Part shown: positions 1 through 8,939 of the stretch, piece after piece
Layout: every line of letters starts with the position of its first letter
How positions within the stretch are numbered: position 1 is the stretch's first letter
Virus record (IMG/VR): IMGVR_UViG_3300028588_000081
Location: 1 to 24,538 of that record
DNA: 24,538 nt
Source: a virus
Lineage: Duplodnaviria; Caudoviricetes
Strand: one strand, 5' to 3'
Notes under the pieces: model-generated
Database searches by the model: none
What the model saw: the letters and a program-made list of their open reading frames with translations, nothing else
Told to the model about the DNA's origin: nothing
Position numbers and translations under genes: made by a program

Positions 1-4
1 GCGT

Positions 5-29
5 TGGTGGAGGCGGAGGGAATCGAACC
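5..29 (-). other. Prophage att core: displaced 3' end of tmRNA (ssrA)-type gene
   Basis: Minus strand reads GGTTCGATTCCCTCCGCCTCCACCA: T-loop, 3' T-stem, acceptor strand CGCCTCC-A-CCA with U70 (Ala identity, tmRNA-like). The upstream GCAGG does not pair with CCCTC, so this is a fragment rather than a whole gene. Confidence 0.8.
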
Positions 30-171
30 TGCGGAATTTGAGCATCCATGCGGGTTTGGTCGGCCATGTTGGCAAAAAGCTGGCATTCAGGCGGCGGCAC
101 GATCACTAGTTTGCCGTCCACCACCTGAGCCACCAGCTCCGCGCCGCGTGGCGTGATGACGTGGAAGTCCA

Positions 172-654
172 TCACGGCACCATGCCTTCCTGCTCCAGCA
201 CGCGCTGGCATGCGCGCCCGGTGGACAGGTCTTTCTCGACAGCTAGCTTCAGCGCGACAATATCTCGCTCAACGTCTGGTCGAACCAGCCGGCCGGGTGG
301 ATCGGCGTCGTCGCTGCCGCCGGTGCTTTCCGCTTCGGCGGGGGCGGCAGGTCCACAGATTGCGGAACCGACGTACACGCGCTGAGTAATAATGCGCTCG
401 CGAACAGGCTGAACTTCTTCATGCGTTTCCTCCGTGATGGTTGCATTGTTGGCGTCCTGGCGCGTAGCCAGGGCGGCGTTGTCGCGGGTACGGGTCAGCA
501 CAGCAGCGGCGTCGGCCCGGGCGCGCTCATCCACCGCGGCGGCGTGGCCGGCGGCGAACTGCCGGGCGCCGTAGTACTTCGCGCCCAGCACCACGCAAAT
601 TGTGATGGCGATCACAAACAGCAAAGCCGCGGCGAATCGCTCGAGCGCGCTCAC
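172..654 (-). CDS. Inner-membrane spanin (Rz-like, i-spanin)
   Basis: N-terminal TM (FAAALLFVIAITICVVLGA), Ala-rich helical periplasmic region, two Cys. Directly follows the endolysin with a GTGA overlap and contains a nested lipoprotein. Confidence 0.88.
   Translation of the reverse strand: MSALERFAAALLFVIAITICVVLGAKYYGARQFAAGHAAAVDERARADAAAVLTRTRDNAALATRQDANNATITEETHEEVQPVRERIITQRVYVGSAICGPAAPAEAESTGGSDDADPPGRLVRPDVERDIVALKLAVEKDLSTGRACQRVLEQEGMVP
249..422 (-). CDS. Outer-membrane lipoprotein spanin (Rz1-like, o-spanin), fully embedded in i-spanin
   Basis: MKKFSLFASALLLSAC signal peptide with lipobox LSAC, then a Pro-rich mature part (LPPPPKRK). Lies in a different frame inside the Rz-like gene. 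Confidence 0.85.
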   Translation of the reverse strand: MKKFSLFASALLLSACTSVPQSVDLPPPPKRKAPAAATTPIHPAGWFDQTLSEILSR

Positions 655-1115
655 GCCGGCACCTTCGGCAGGATGTCGTACTGCGGCATGTTCCGGCCGC
701 GCATGATGGCGATCAGCTTTTCGGCATAGCCCGGGTCCGTCGCGTAGCCGGCCTTTGCCACAGCGCGCGCCCAGCCCTCGCCGGTCCTCTCCTTGAAGCA
801 GGCGGCGTAGCGCGGGTTCTTGCGGAAGAAATTGGCGTGGTCGATCATGCTGTCGAGCCAGCTGTCGTAGGCGCGGAACTTGTCGACGATGACCACGTCC
901 TTGCCGCTCAAGTGCTCGGTGGTCGTGAACTTGGTCGTCTTTCCCTTCCAGGCGCGATCAGCCTTGATGCCGAACAGGTTGTTGCCCGGAGCACGGGCGC
1001 CCCAGCCCGACTCCAGCGCGGCCTGGGCCAGGGTGAGCGATGCCGGAATTCCGGTCTCGCGCTGGCAATCTTGCGCGGCCAGCACCAAGAGGTTGAGGAA
1101 GGCACTAGGCGGCAT
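651..1115 (-). CDS. Endolysin, GH73 glucosaminidase/FlgJ-like muramidase family
   Basis: Motifs AQAALESGWG, NNLFGIKA, FRAYDSW and GYATDPGY. Start trimmed to ATG 1115 (MPPSAF), which has SD AAGGAG. Confidence 0.93.
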   Translation of the reverse strand: MPPSAFLNLLVLAAQDCQRETGIPASLTLAQAALESGWGARAPGNNLFGIKADRAWKGKTTKFTTTEHLSGKDVVIVDKFRAYDSWLDSMIDHANFFRKNPRYAACFKERTGEGWARAVAKAGYATDPGYAEKLIAIMRGRNMPQYDILPKVPA

Positions 1116-1473
1116 TGTCGTTCTCCTTGGCTGGCACCGGCGCATCGGCCGGCAGGTTGAATTTCTGGTTGACCATCGATTCGAGCTTGAACAGCGCGCG
1201 CGAACCCATGTGGGCAGCAATGCCAACCAAGGCGTACTTGAGAGGCACCGGGCATGCCGAGATCGAGTCGCAGAGGTTGGCGACCACGATGCCTGTGAAG
1301 CCGGAAATGACTAGCTCCCCTACCAGCTCGGTGATATTGAAGACGCGCACATGGCCATCCTTCAACTTGCGGTAGAACGAGGCGACGCCGCCCCACAGGG
1401 ACAGGCCGAGCAGCAGGGCCCAGCTGAGCATGGCGTCGAGGTCGATACCGCCAGGGGTAGGGGATTGGTTCAT
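1105..1473 (-). CDS. Phage holin (LydA-like)
   Basis: ~122 aa with 2-3 hydrophobic segments, SLWGG and GIAAHMGSRAL motifs, and a charged C-terminus. Immediately upstream of the endolysin. Start trimmed to 1473. Confidence 0.85.
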   Translation of the reverse strand: MNQSPTPGGIDLDAMLSWALLLGLSLWGGVASFYRKLKDGHVRVFNITELVGELVISGFTGIVVANLCDSISACPVPLKYALVGIAAHMGSRALFKLESMVNQKFNLPADAPVPAKENDNAA

Positions 1474-1486
1474 GGACTCTTTCAGG

Positions 1487-1516
1487 AAAAGAAAAGGCCA
1501 CCTCATGGGGTGGCCT
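1487..1516 (-). terminator. Rho-independent terminator between ejection genes and lysis cassette
   Basis: Stem AGGCCACC/GGTGGCCT (1495-1516) followed on the minus strand by TTTCTTTT. Confidence 0.75.
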
Positions 1517-1545
1517 ATAATTGTTAAAACGACAGGGGAAACTGC

Positions 1546-1626
1546 ATGCACTACGATCCGATCCAGTTGGGCGCCATGCTCGCCTACATCATCAATGCAT
1601 GGTTAACGTCCCGCCGCAGAGAGTAG
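1546..1626 (+). CDS. Putative 26-aa hydrophobic peptide (MHYDPIQLGAMLAYIINAWLTSRRRE), antisense to the late operon
   Basis: Read manually. TATAAT at 1516-1521, SD-like ACAGGGG upstream, hydrophobic core and basic tail. Overlaps the 3' end of the 728-aa gene. Confidence 0.4.
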   Translation: MHYDPIQLGAMLAYIINAWLTSRRRE

Positions 1627-3789
1627 GCGGCGCTGGCGTTCTTCTTCCGTTTCCTGGCCCATGAAGGCGGCAGGCGACAGGCCAAGGCCGGCGCCACGCA
1701 GCAGTGGCGCCGAACGGCCCGGCAGGGCAATGTTGGTCGGCACGTCCAGCGCGCGGCCGGCTTGCATGCCCACCGCGATGTTCTGCAGCGGCTGTGCGAT
1801 GGCCTGCTGGCCGAAAGGCAGTTTCGACAGCAGCGGACTGCTGGCGATCCGGTCGAGCAGCATGGCGCCCGCGGCGCCGGCCGTGTTCGAATTGTTCACG
1901 GCGCTGCCGGTTGGCTGGAATTGCTCATAGCTGGCAACGCGCCCGATCGCCTTGAGCTGCGCGACTTCCTCGGGCTTGAAGAACAAATTCAGCTTGCGTT
2001 CGCCGATGCCGGTCAGGGCCTTGTTGAACGCGGTATTGCTGAAATTGCCTACCTCGTCCGCGGCGCCGTTTAGCGCGCGCTGCTTCAGGAAGCTGGTGAT
2101 CTGCTCGCGCACTGCCTGCATCGCGTCCGGGCTGGACTTGATCGAGTTCTTCAGCAGGGCCACGTCCATCACATTCGACTTCGGCCCGGCGCCCACAATG
2201 AACTGCTGCACGAACTTGTCAGGTTCGATGCCGTCGCGGACAGCCTGCAGCGCTGGCGTGCGCTCGACGATCTGCATCCAACTGCGGTTCATGCTGCGCG
2301 CCTTGCCGAATGCGTCGATCGCCTCTTGGCCCAGGCCTTGGCCGCCCATCGGTAGGAGTTGGCCGCTGCCGGAGCCCGCAAGCGGGGTGTCGTCCAGCGC
2401 TTCGCGCACCAGGCCCAGCGCGTGCCGCACGTTGCCGTCACTGGCATTGCGCTGCAGGCGCCCGATGCCGGTCTTGAATTGTTCCGCGATTTCGACCGTT
2501 AGCGGGATGCTGCCATCAGCAAAGCCGTTCAGCTTGTTGCGGATATCGGGCGTCAGGAAGCTTTCGACGTTCGCCTCGTGCAGCAGATCGCCAGCGCGGT
2601 TGGTGAACGTCACGTGGTCGAGCGCGGCGCTGCGCCCACCGCTGTCACGCGCCTTGTCGTACAGGCCGCCGATGATCGACTGCGCCCGGGCGTTGCGGGA
2701 TTCCAGCGCGCCCATGATGCGGCCAGCGCCGGCAATCGGGTCGTCAGCGGTAGCCGCGCCCAACTCATTCAGGCCGGACGTCAGCGTGCGGTTGTTCGCA
2801 TTGGCGGTGCGGCCCAACTGCTGCGCGACTTGGTCCTTGCTGTTGATGCCCAGCTTCGCCAGGTTCTTCTGCTGCGTGACCACGCCCGGATCCAGCGTCA
2901 GGCCGGCGGCCGTCGGCGTGGTGTTCGTCAGTCGATAGTCGGCCAGGCGGCGCACAGCATCCGGGGATACCTGATCGCTGGTCCGGAAAGCCGCGGCGAC
3001 ATCGTTGCGGATGCCCTGAGCCACCTGCGCTGGAAGCTCACCCAGGCTCATGCCGGAACCCTGAAGCGCGTTGTTGATGGTGATGTCGATGTGCGCGAGC
3101 TGCTGCGGCGTCGGCGCCGCCGGCGCGAACCGACGCGCAGCGGATGCAGCGGCATTCTGGCCGGCGCGCAAGCCTGCAGGCGCGGCGACACCGGCAGCAA
3201 GCGACGCCAGCAACTGCGAGGTATCGTCGCCGCCCGTCTCGCGAGTGTAGCCGCCGGCGGCGCCAGCAGCACCGGCCGAGGCCAACTGCTGCGCTGGGTT
3301 CGCGGCGAGCATGCGCGCGACAGCCTGCGTGGCGCCGCTGGTCCCCTGCGCCACCTTCGATGCGACGCCCAGCACGCCTGCGCCGCCGGCCAGCGTGCGC
3401 GTGGCGTCGCCAACCACGCGCTCCTGGGAGGTCTGCGGCTTCGGCAGGCCGACGAGGTCGGCCAGCGCGCCGCCGGTGTCAGCTGTCGCCTTGTTGCCGA
3501 AGATCGGGCGTGCCAGCGTGCGTGTCGGGTTGCCCACGAACGCGTCGAATGTGCCGCCAATGCCTTCCAGGCCGTAGCGCGCGGCCAACCCAAGCTGGCG
3601 CGGCGCGTCCGAGACGGCATCGTTTAGTTGCTGGCCGAACGGCTTGGCCGGCTTCTCCTGCTTCGGCGCCGCGGCCATCTTGAACGATCGCTGGGCGTAC
3701 GCCAGCACATCTTGCTCGCTCGTACCGTCCGGAGCGTTCACTTCGTAGCTCTGCCCGTCCGGGCCGGTGATCTTGTACTTTGGCATCAT
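1603..3789 (-). CDS. DNA ejection/injection protein (P22 gp16-position)
   Basis: 728 aa, Ala/Gly-rich, N-terminal MPKYKITGPDGQSYEV motif. Third of three internal virion genes after the tail hub. Confidence 0.7.
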   Translation of the reverse strand: MMPKYKITGPDGQSYEVNAPDGTSEQDVLAYAQRSFKMAAAPKQEKPAKPFGQQLNDAVSDAPRQLGLAARYGLEGIGGTFDAFVGNPTRTLARPIFGNKATADTGGALADLVGLPKPQTSQERVVGDATRTLAGGAGVLGVASKVAQGTSGATQAVARMLAANPAQQLASAGAAGAAGGYTRETGGDDTSQLLASLAAGVAAPAGLRAGQNAAASAARRFAPAAPTPQQLAHIDITINNALQGSGMSLGELPAQVAQGIRNDVAAAFRTSDQVSPDAVRRLADYRLTNTTPTAAGLTLDPGVVTQQKNLAKLGINSKDQVAQQLGRTANANNRTLTSGLNELGAATADDPIAGAGRIMGALESRNARAQSIIGGLYDKARDSGGRSAALDHVTFTNRAGDLLHEANVESFLTPDIRNKLNGFADGSIPLTVEIAEQFKTGIGRLQRNASDGNVRHALGLVREALDDTPLAGSGSGQLLPMGGQGLGQEAIDAFGKARSMNRSWMQIVERTPALQAVRDGIEPDKFVQQFIVGAGPKSNVMDVALLKNSIKSSPDAMQAVREQITSFLKQRALNGAADEVGNFSNTAFNKALTGIGERKLNLFFKPEEVAQLKAIGRVASYEQFQPTGSAVNNSNTAGAAGAMLLDRIASSPLLSKLPFGQQAIAQPLQNIAVGMQAGRALDVPTNIALPGRSAPLLRGAGLGLSPAAFMGQETEEERQRRLLSAAGR

Positions 3790-5084
3790 TGCACTTTCGT
3801 GATAGACCAGCCGCCGGCAGCCGCCGGCGCGCGCATGGCAGCTCTGCCAGCATTCGTTTCGAGGCCCTGCACCGCCAGTTGACGATTGCGCGCCTTCTGG
3901 TCGATAACTGCTTGGCTATCGCCGGGCTGCGGGAAGTACTGCTTCGCTGCGTTATCGAACTCGCCGGCGCCGATCGCCGCACCGGACTCCTGGCGCAAGA
4001 TGGCATTGATGAAATCGCGCTGTGCTTGGTCGACGCGCTGGCTGTTGTCGCTCAGGAGCGAGTTTGCGCCCGCACCTAGCGCACCGCCAACACCCCACAC
4101 GTTGCCGAGCGCATTCTTGGCGTTGACGCCGGCCGCGCTGTACTGGCCTTCCAGATCACTCAAGATCTTGTTCGCCTCCGTGGCGCGCAGGCCGAATGCA
4201 GCCGACTTGCCCTGGAACTCGGTCGGGGCCTTGTCCTTGGCCGCCGTGATCGCGTTTTGCTCGCGCGCACGGGAGTCCGCCAGGTTCTGGCCGCGCACAG
4301 TGATGTCCTGGCCGCGGCGCTGGGTTGCCGCCGACAACAGGTCGCCCGGGGTCGCGGTATTCGTGTAGCTCGCGCCGCGGTCGCCGGTGTACTCGTTGAC
4401 GCCGATGGTCGCACCGCCAGTACTCAGGAAGTGCAGCTTCTCGCGCGGCGACAGGCCGTCGAGCTGCTTGAAGCTGCCATCGTCTGCAGTGCGCACCGCC
4501 ACCGGCTTGCCGTCCGGACCGTTGACCCAGGAGATGCCGCTGTCGAACTTCGGCCGTAGCTTCGCGACCTGCTCGTAAATCTTCTGCGCGCCGTCGACAT
4601 CGCCCTCATCGGCATGCGCCTGCGCGACTACCAGCATGCGCTGCACGTAGGCGTCGGTCTGATTCACCCGCGGCGCACCGGTGGCAGCGGCCGGCGACAT
4701 GGCGCCACCGGGCATAGCCGACGCAATCGGCGCCTGCTGGTCGGCCTGCGCTGGCAGTTGCGCGCCGCCAGAGCCGGTCAGCCGGTCGGAAATACGCTTC
4801 TGGCGGTCCCGCAGCAACTGCTGGTTCGCCAGATCGCTCTCGGCGTCCTTGAGTTTGATGCCATTCAGCTTGAGCGCCTGCTCGAGCGCCTGGTTTCGCT
4901 GCGCGCGGTCCTGAAAGTTCTGCGTGCCCTCCTGGTAGGCCCCCAGCGCCGCGCCGAAGCCTTGGCCGGTGGAGATGGGCGCGCGCGACGGGCCGCCTGC
5001 CTGAAGCAGCGCCGCAGCGGCTGCCAGCAGGCCCTGCTGCTTGGCCGGGTCCTGCGGATTGAGAAAGTCGAGAAGTCCTGCCAT
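3786..5084 (-). CDS. DNA ejection protein (P22 gp20-position)
   Basis: MAGLLD start, Gly/Ala/Gln-rich, TQRRGQDIT and SGAAI..EF....QYFPQPGDS motifs typical of podovirus internal proteins. Confidence 0.7.
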   Translation of the reverse strand: MAGLLDFLNPQDPAKQQGLLAAAAALLQAGGPSRAPISTGQGFGAALGAYQEGTQNFQDRAQRNQALEQALKLNGIKLKDAESDLANQQLLRDRQKRISDRLTGSGGAQLPAQADQQAPIASAMPGGAMSPAAATGAPRVNQTDAYVQRMLVVAQAHADEGDVDGAQKIYEQVAKLRPKFDSGISWVNGPDGKPVAVRTADDGSFKQLDGLSPREKLHFLSTGGATIGVNEYTGDRGASYTNTATPGDLLSAATQRRGQDITVRGQNLADSRAREQNAITAAKDKAPTEFQGKSAAFGLRATEANKILSDLEGQYSAAGVNAKNALGNVWGVGGALGAGANSLLSDNSQRVDQAQRDFINAILRQESGAAIGAGEFDNAAKQYFPQPGDSQAVIDQKARNRQLAVQGLETNAGRAAMRAPAAAGGWSITKVQ

Positions 5085-5093
5085 GTTGTCTCC

Positions 5094-6488
5094 TTATGCC
5101 GATCCGAAACCGCTACCGAACGAGCTGTTCGAACCGAAGAGGTCGAACAGGCCACCTTTCGAGCTGCCGCTACTAGAACCACCGAACAGGCCGGCCAACT
5201 GCCCGCCCGCCAGCGCGCCGCCAAGGATGTTGTTGCCCTGGTTCTGGTACAGCGGCTGAGTGCTCGTGCTCGACTGGTTCGCGCTCAGGTACGGCGCCAA
5301 CAGGCCATTCACTTGCTGCGCCTTGTTGATCCCGTACATGTCCTGCGCGTTGACCGAGTTCCCAGCCTGACCGAGCAGGCCACCCAACAGGCCGGCGCCG
5401 CCCAGCGCTGCGCTGTTGTTCTGCGCGTTCGTCGTCAACTGCGCCTGTTGCCCGGCCAGCGCGCCCGACAGCTGCGCCTGCTGGTTCGCCAGCCCGGTCT
5501 GTTGGTTGAAGCCAGCGTTCGCCAGGTTCGACTGTTGGGCCAGGCCGGCGTTGGTTTTGCTGATGTCGAGCTGGTTGCCCACGTTCATGAACTCGGCCTG
5601 GTTCTTCGTGTTCGCATTTTGCGAAGCGACGCCGTACTGCTGCGCGCCCAGGCCCTGAGTCGCCGAGAGTGCGCGGTTCTGGCCGTTCTCGTATGCGCCG
5701 GCCAGCGCGTTTGCCGTGTTCGCGCTGTTGGCTGCCGACAGTTGGCTGTTCGCGCTCGTGAGCTGGTTCGTGTAGTCGCTCAGCGCGTTGCCCTCGGCGA
5801 TGCCCTGGCGCGAGCTGCCGTACTGGCCGGCCGCAATTGCGCCACCACGGATCGACGGCAGCACGTTGCGCTGCAGGTTGTTCGTGATGTCGGTTTGGGT
5901 CTTCTGAAACTGCGCGCTGGTCAGGTTGTTTCCGGCCTGGAGCGAATTCATCAGCGCATTGGTATTGCCGCCGCTGAGCAGGTTTTGGTAGCTGCCCGTC
6001 AGATCGATGTTGTTCTGGCCCGGAGCGTCGACCATGTTGCCCACAGCGTACGATGGCACCGAAGCTTGTGCGGTGCCGGTCTGGGCAGCATTCGACAGGG
6101 GCACGCCAACGTTCGGCGCAGCATTGCCTTGCATCAGGCCCTGCGCCGTATTGCGGATCTGGTTCAGGTCGCCGGCGCCATTCTGGCCGAGGTAATTGGC
6201 ATTCGTGTTTGCCCAGTTCTGCGACGCGGCCGACTGCGGAGTCTGGCCCAGTGCCTGATATTGTGCCAGCAGGCCCTGCTGCGGGCCGTTGCCGTTGGAA
6301 CCGCCGAAAATGATGTTCTGGATGCGCGGGTCCAACTGCTGCTGCGTGGTACTGGTGGTCGACTTCGGCTGGTTGCTGCCGCTGATCGCGCCGCCCAGGG
6401 CGCCGCCGATGGCGCCCCCAATCGGGCCGCCGAGGATGGAGCCGGCGATAGGCGCGGCAATGCCCGCCAGGCTGCTCAAGAGTCCCAT
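5094..6488 (-). CDS. DNA ejection/pilot protein (P22 gp7-position)
   Basis: Hydrophobic Gly-rich N-terminus (GIAAPIAGSILGGPIGGAIGG), Ser/Thr stretch, Gln/Asn-rich body, GQYGSSRQG motif and Gly-rich C-terminus. Confidence 0.72.
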   Translation of the reverse strand: MGLLSSLAGIAAPIAGSILGGPIGGAIGGALGGAISGSNQPKSTTSTTQQQLDPRIQNIIFGGSNGNGPQQGLLAQYQALGQTPQSAASQNWANTNANYLGQNGAGDLNQIRNTAQGLMQGNAAPNVGVPLSNAAQTGTAQASVPSYAVGNMVDAPGQNNIDLTGSYQNLLSGGNTNALMNSLQAGNNLTSAQFQKTQTDITNNLQRNVLPSIRGGAIAAGQYGSSRQGIAEGNALSDYTNQLTSANSQLSAANSANTANALAGAYENGQNRALSATQGLGAQQYGVASQNANTKNQAEFMNVGNQLDISKTNAGLAQQSNLANAGFNQQTGLANQQAQLSGALAGQQAQLTTNAQNNSAALGGAGLLGGLLGQAGNSVNAQDMYGINKAQQVNGLLAPYLSANQSSTSTQPLYQNQGNNILGGALAGGQLAGLFGGSSSGSSKGGLFDLFGSNSSFGSGFGSA

Positions 6489-6503
6489 GTGAATCCTTTC
6501 AGG

Positions 6504-6776
6504 TTAGCCAAACGGCGTCCATACGCCGTGACTGTTGAAGTAGTAGTAGCCCTCGCCGCTGCCCGGGTCCCAACTGGTCGCGTCCGTGTAGATGATCTGC
6601 GGAGAAATCGGCTTGGCCGGAGGCGCGTAGCTCGGTGGGAGGCGGAACGCTCCCATGCCAGCCAAGGCCGCCGAGATTCGATTGAATTCGTCGTCCAGGT
6701 AGCGCGGGATGTCAGCAGGGTTACTCGGGACCGGCCCGGGCTTGTAGGGCGCGTTCGCGAAGGTCGTCTTGTTCAA
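6504..6776 (-). CDS. Small phage virion-associated hypothetical protein
   Basis: TTGA overlap with the tail hub gene. YLDDEFNRI and WDPGSGEGYYYF motifs. Fills the gap between hub and ejection genes. Confidence 0.7.
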   Translation of the reverse strand: MNKTTFANAPYKPGPVPSNPADIPRYLDDEFNRISAALAGMGAFRLPPSYAPPAKPISPQIIYTDATSWDPGSGEGYYYFNSHGVWTPFG

Positions 6777-8338
6777 TACTTACTCCCGGGCTGAACATCA
6801 ATGTCAAAGCTGTCCAGCTTCCACTGCGCGGCGGTGCCGGCTTCGAATCGGATGGCGATGTAGCGGTAGTCAACGAACAGGTCAGCGCGCACCGTCTGCC
6901 CGATCATATGGTCGAACTGCACCGGGTACTCTGGGTCGGCGTATGGGTCGGTCATGTGGCCGCCAACCTTGATGCGCACCGTCAGTCCGTTGTTGCCCGT
7001 GATGCGCGCCAGGATGCTGCGCACGCGCTTGGTCACATCGTCGTCACCGAACGACAGACCGCGCCGCTCCAGATAGGCCTGAGGCTGGGCGCCGTTGAAG
7101 GTCGCCGAGGCGTCGAGCATGTAAAGCTGCTGCTCTGCCGAGGCCATGAGCACGCGGGTAAGGAACGGCGTGAAGTCCGGGCCATTCCATGCCGTCAGGT
7201 CCGAATCCCACGAGTCGTTGTCGGCGCCCCACGAGCCGCCCAGCGTGTTGTCGACCGGGCCGTAGTTCGCGTGGTGAATGGCCGGCATGTCGCGGTAGCT
7301 GACCGTCTTGTCGACGTAGTTCCAGACCAAAGCCTTGTTCGGCACCGTCGATCCGATCGGCACGTAGCAGACGTAGACCTCATTCAGGAACGGGTTCTTG
7401 AAGACGAACGCACGGTCGTTGTAGGCAATGTCCATGTCCTGGAACAGCGCGCGGCGTGCGACTTTGTCGAGCACCGAAGTGCCGGACTGGCCGTCGTGGA
7501 CTACCACATCCGAGCCGGTCAGCACGAAGTGGTAGCCGTCAGCCTCCACGATGCAGTTGCGGTTCATCGCGCCCGAGATGCCCAGCACCTTGCGGAAGCT
7601 GAATACGTAGGGACCGCCTGTGAAGTCCATGCGCCACACCGACTGCTGCTTGTAGATCATGAAGCTGTCGCGCAGTTGCAGCCCATCGATCACCGCGTCA
7701 CCGCCCTCGGCAAGGTCAGTTTCACCGGCCTCCTGCGTCTGGTCCGCCTCGTTCCATGTCAGCGGAACGCCGCCAGGATCGGCAGGGCTGGACCACTTGA
7801 CCATGAATGGATAGTCGGTAGAACCCTTCTTGACGCCCAGTGCCACCAGATAATTTCGGTACACCCGAAGCGACTTGCAACGCAGCGTTGAGGGCCAGTT
7901 GTCGAGCTGCTGGCACCGGGTAGCGGGGTCGAGGTTCCAGCGCTGGGGCACGTCGACACCATTGTTCAGGATCGGGATGCCAGACAGGACGGCGCTGGTC
8001 CAGGTGTTTGGCGCGCCGCTGTAGTCGACGTCGGCGCCGGCGGTTTGACGGGTCAGGTTCGTGTGAACGGCCGTGCCGCCCTGCACCGTGGCGGCGTAGA
8101 TCTTCTTGTCTGAGGCATACAGCCAGTACTGCGCTTGGCTGACGTTCACCGGGACCACGTGCAGTGGGACTGCCTGCGGCGCGCCGTACACTGGGCCGTG
8201 GCCGAAGAACTGGCGCGCGGAGCCGTCGAGGAAGCGCATGTTGCGTGCGTCGGTCCAGGCGGCCGGCGGCAACTCGTGCGCAGACAAGTCCATGACCACC
8301 CCGGCCGACCCGCAGTTGGGGAAGGTCACTTTCGGCAT
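6773..8338 (-). CDS. Tail hub/head-closure (stabilisation) protein, P22 gp10-position
   Basis: 521 aa, beta-rich with aromatic residues (propeller-like). Lies between adaptor/fibre genes and ejection genes. Confidence 0.7.
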   Translation of the reverse strand: MPKVTFPNCGSAGVVMDLSAHELPPAAWTDARNMRFLDGSARQFFGHGPVYGAPQAVPLHVVPVNVSQAQYWLYASDKKIYAATVQGGTAVHTNLTRQTAGADVDYSGAPNTWTSAVLSGIPILNNGVDVPQRWNLDPATRCQQLDNWPSTLRCKSLRVYRNYLVALGVKKGSTDYPFMVKWSSPADPGGVPLTWNEADQTQEAGETDLAEGGDAVIDGLQLRDSFMIYKQQSVWRMDFTGGPYVFSFRKVLGISGAMNRNCIVEADGYHFVLTGSDVVVHDGQSGTSVLDKVARRALFQDMDIAYNDRAFVFKNPFLNEVYVCYVPIGSTVPNKALVWNYVDKTVSYRDMPAIHHANYGPVDNTLGGSWGADNDSWDSDLTAWNGPDFTPFLTRVLMASAEQQLYMLDASATFNGAQPQAYLERRGLSFGDDDVTKRVRSILARITGNNGLTVRIKVGGHMTDPYADPEYPVQFDHMIGQTVRADLFVDYRYIAIRFEAGTAAQWKLDSFDIDVQPGSKY

Positions 8339-8928
8339 TACGGCACCTCGCTCGGCTCAATGTCGGCCCAGATCATGGTCTCGGCCCGGCCTGCACCGAG
8401 CACGCCGATGGCCTCGAGCTGGCGAAGCCCATCCTGCACGGCGATGCTGTTCATGTCCGCGTACTCACTCGCGGCCAAATCCTTTTCCATCACGCGCACG
8501 CCAGCGGCCACCAGGCGCGCATCCTGCGATGCTGTCGGGTCGTCCACCTGCGCCATCTCGAAGGCGATCTTCTCGACAGGGGTGAAGCGGTTGCGGAAGG
8601 CCAGCTTGGAGATATGGCGGATCGTGCCGGTCTTCCAATCACGGATTTCCTGCGTGGTCCAGTCGCGTTTGCTGCGGATCGAGATCACCATCTTGCGCGG
8701 CTCGTCGAGGGTGAGCTCTTCGTCGTCGTTGTAGACCTGGTACAGCCCCAGATCTGGCCAATGAAACTCGATGGGCCACCAGCCATAGCCGGCGAATTCG
8801 GGAATGCCCAGCCAGGTCAGTTCGGCAATTTCGGGGAGAGAAACTTGGGAGGCAGTCAGGAATTCCGGAACCGGCTCGCGCGAAATCACGCCGTCCCTGA
8901 CCTTCACGCAGTTGCTGTAGTCGATCAT
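8338..8928 (-). CDS. Putative tail-fibre assembly/chaperone-like protein
   Basis: Acidic ~196-aa protein directly after the Gly-rich fibre gene, with ISKLAFRNRFT..EK motif. Start trimmed to MIDYS. Confidence 0.5.
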   Translation of the reverse strand: MIDYSNCVKVRDGVISREPVPEFLTASQVSLPEIAELTWLGIPEFAGYGWWPIEFHWPDLGLYQVYNDDEELTLDEPRKMVISIRSKRDWTTQEIRDWKTGTIRHISKLAFRNRFTPVEKIAFEMAQVDDPTASQDARLVAAGVRVMEKDLAASEYADMNSIAVQDGLRQLEAIGVLGAGRAETMIWADIEPSEVP

Positions 8929-8939
8929 GATTTTCCCTT

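Noticed and set aside
5-29. Complete tRNA or tmRNA gene
   Set aside because: Only the T-loop to CCA is present, and the 5' T-stem strand does not pair.
4614-6794. 726-aa plus-strand ORF
   Set aside because: Antisense shadow of the ejection genes. Arg/Leu/Val-rich with no motifs, as expected from high-GC codon bias.
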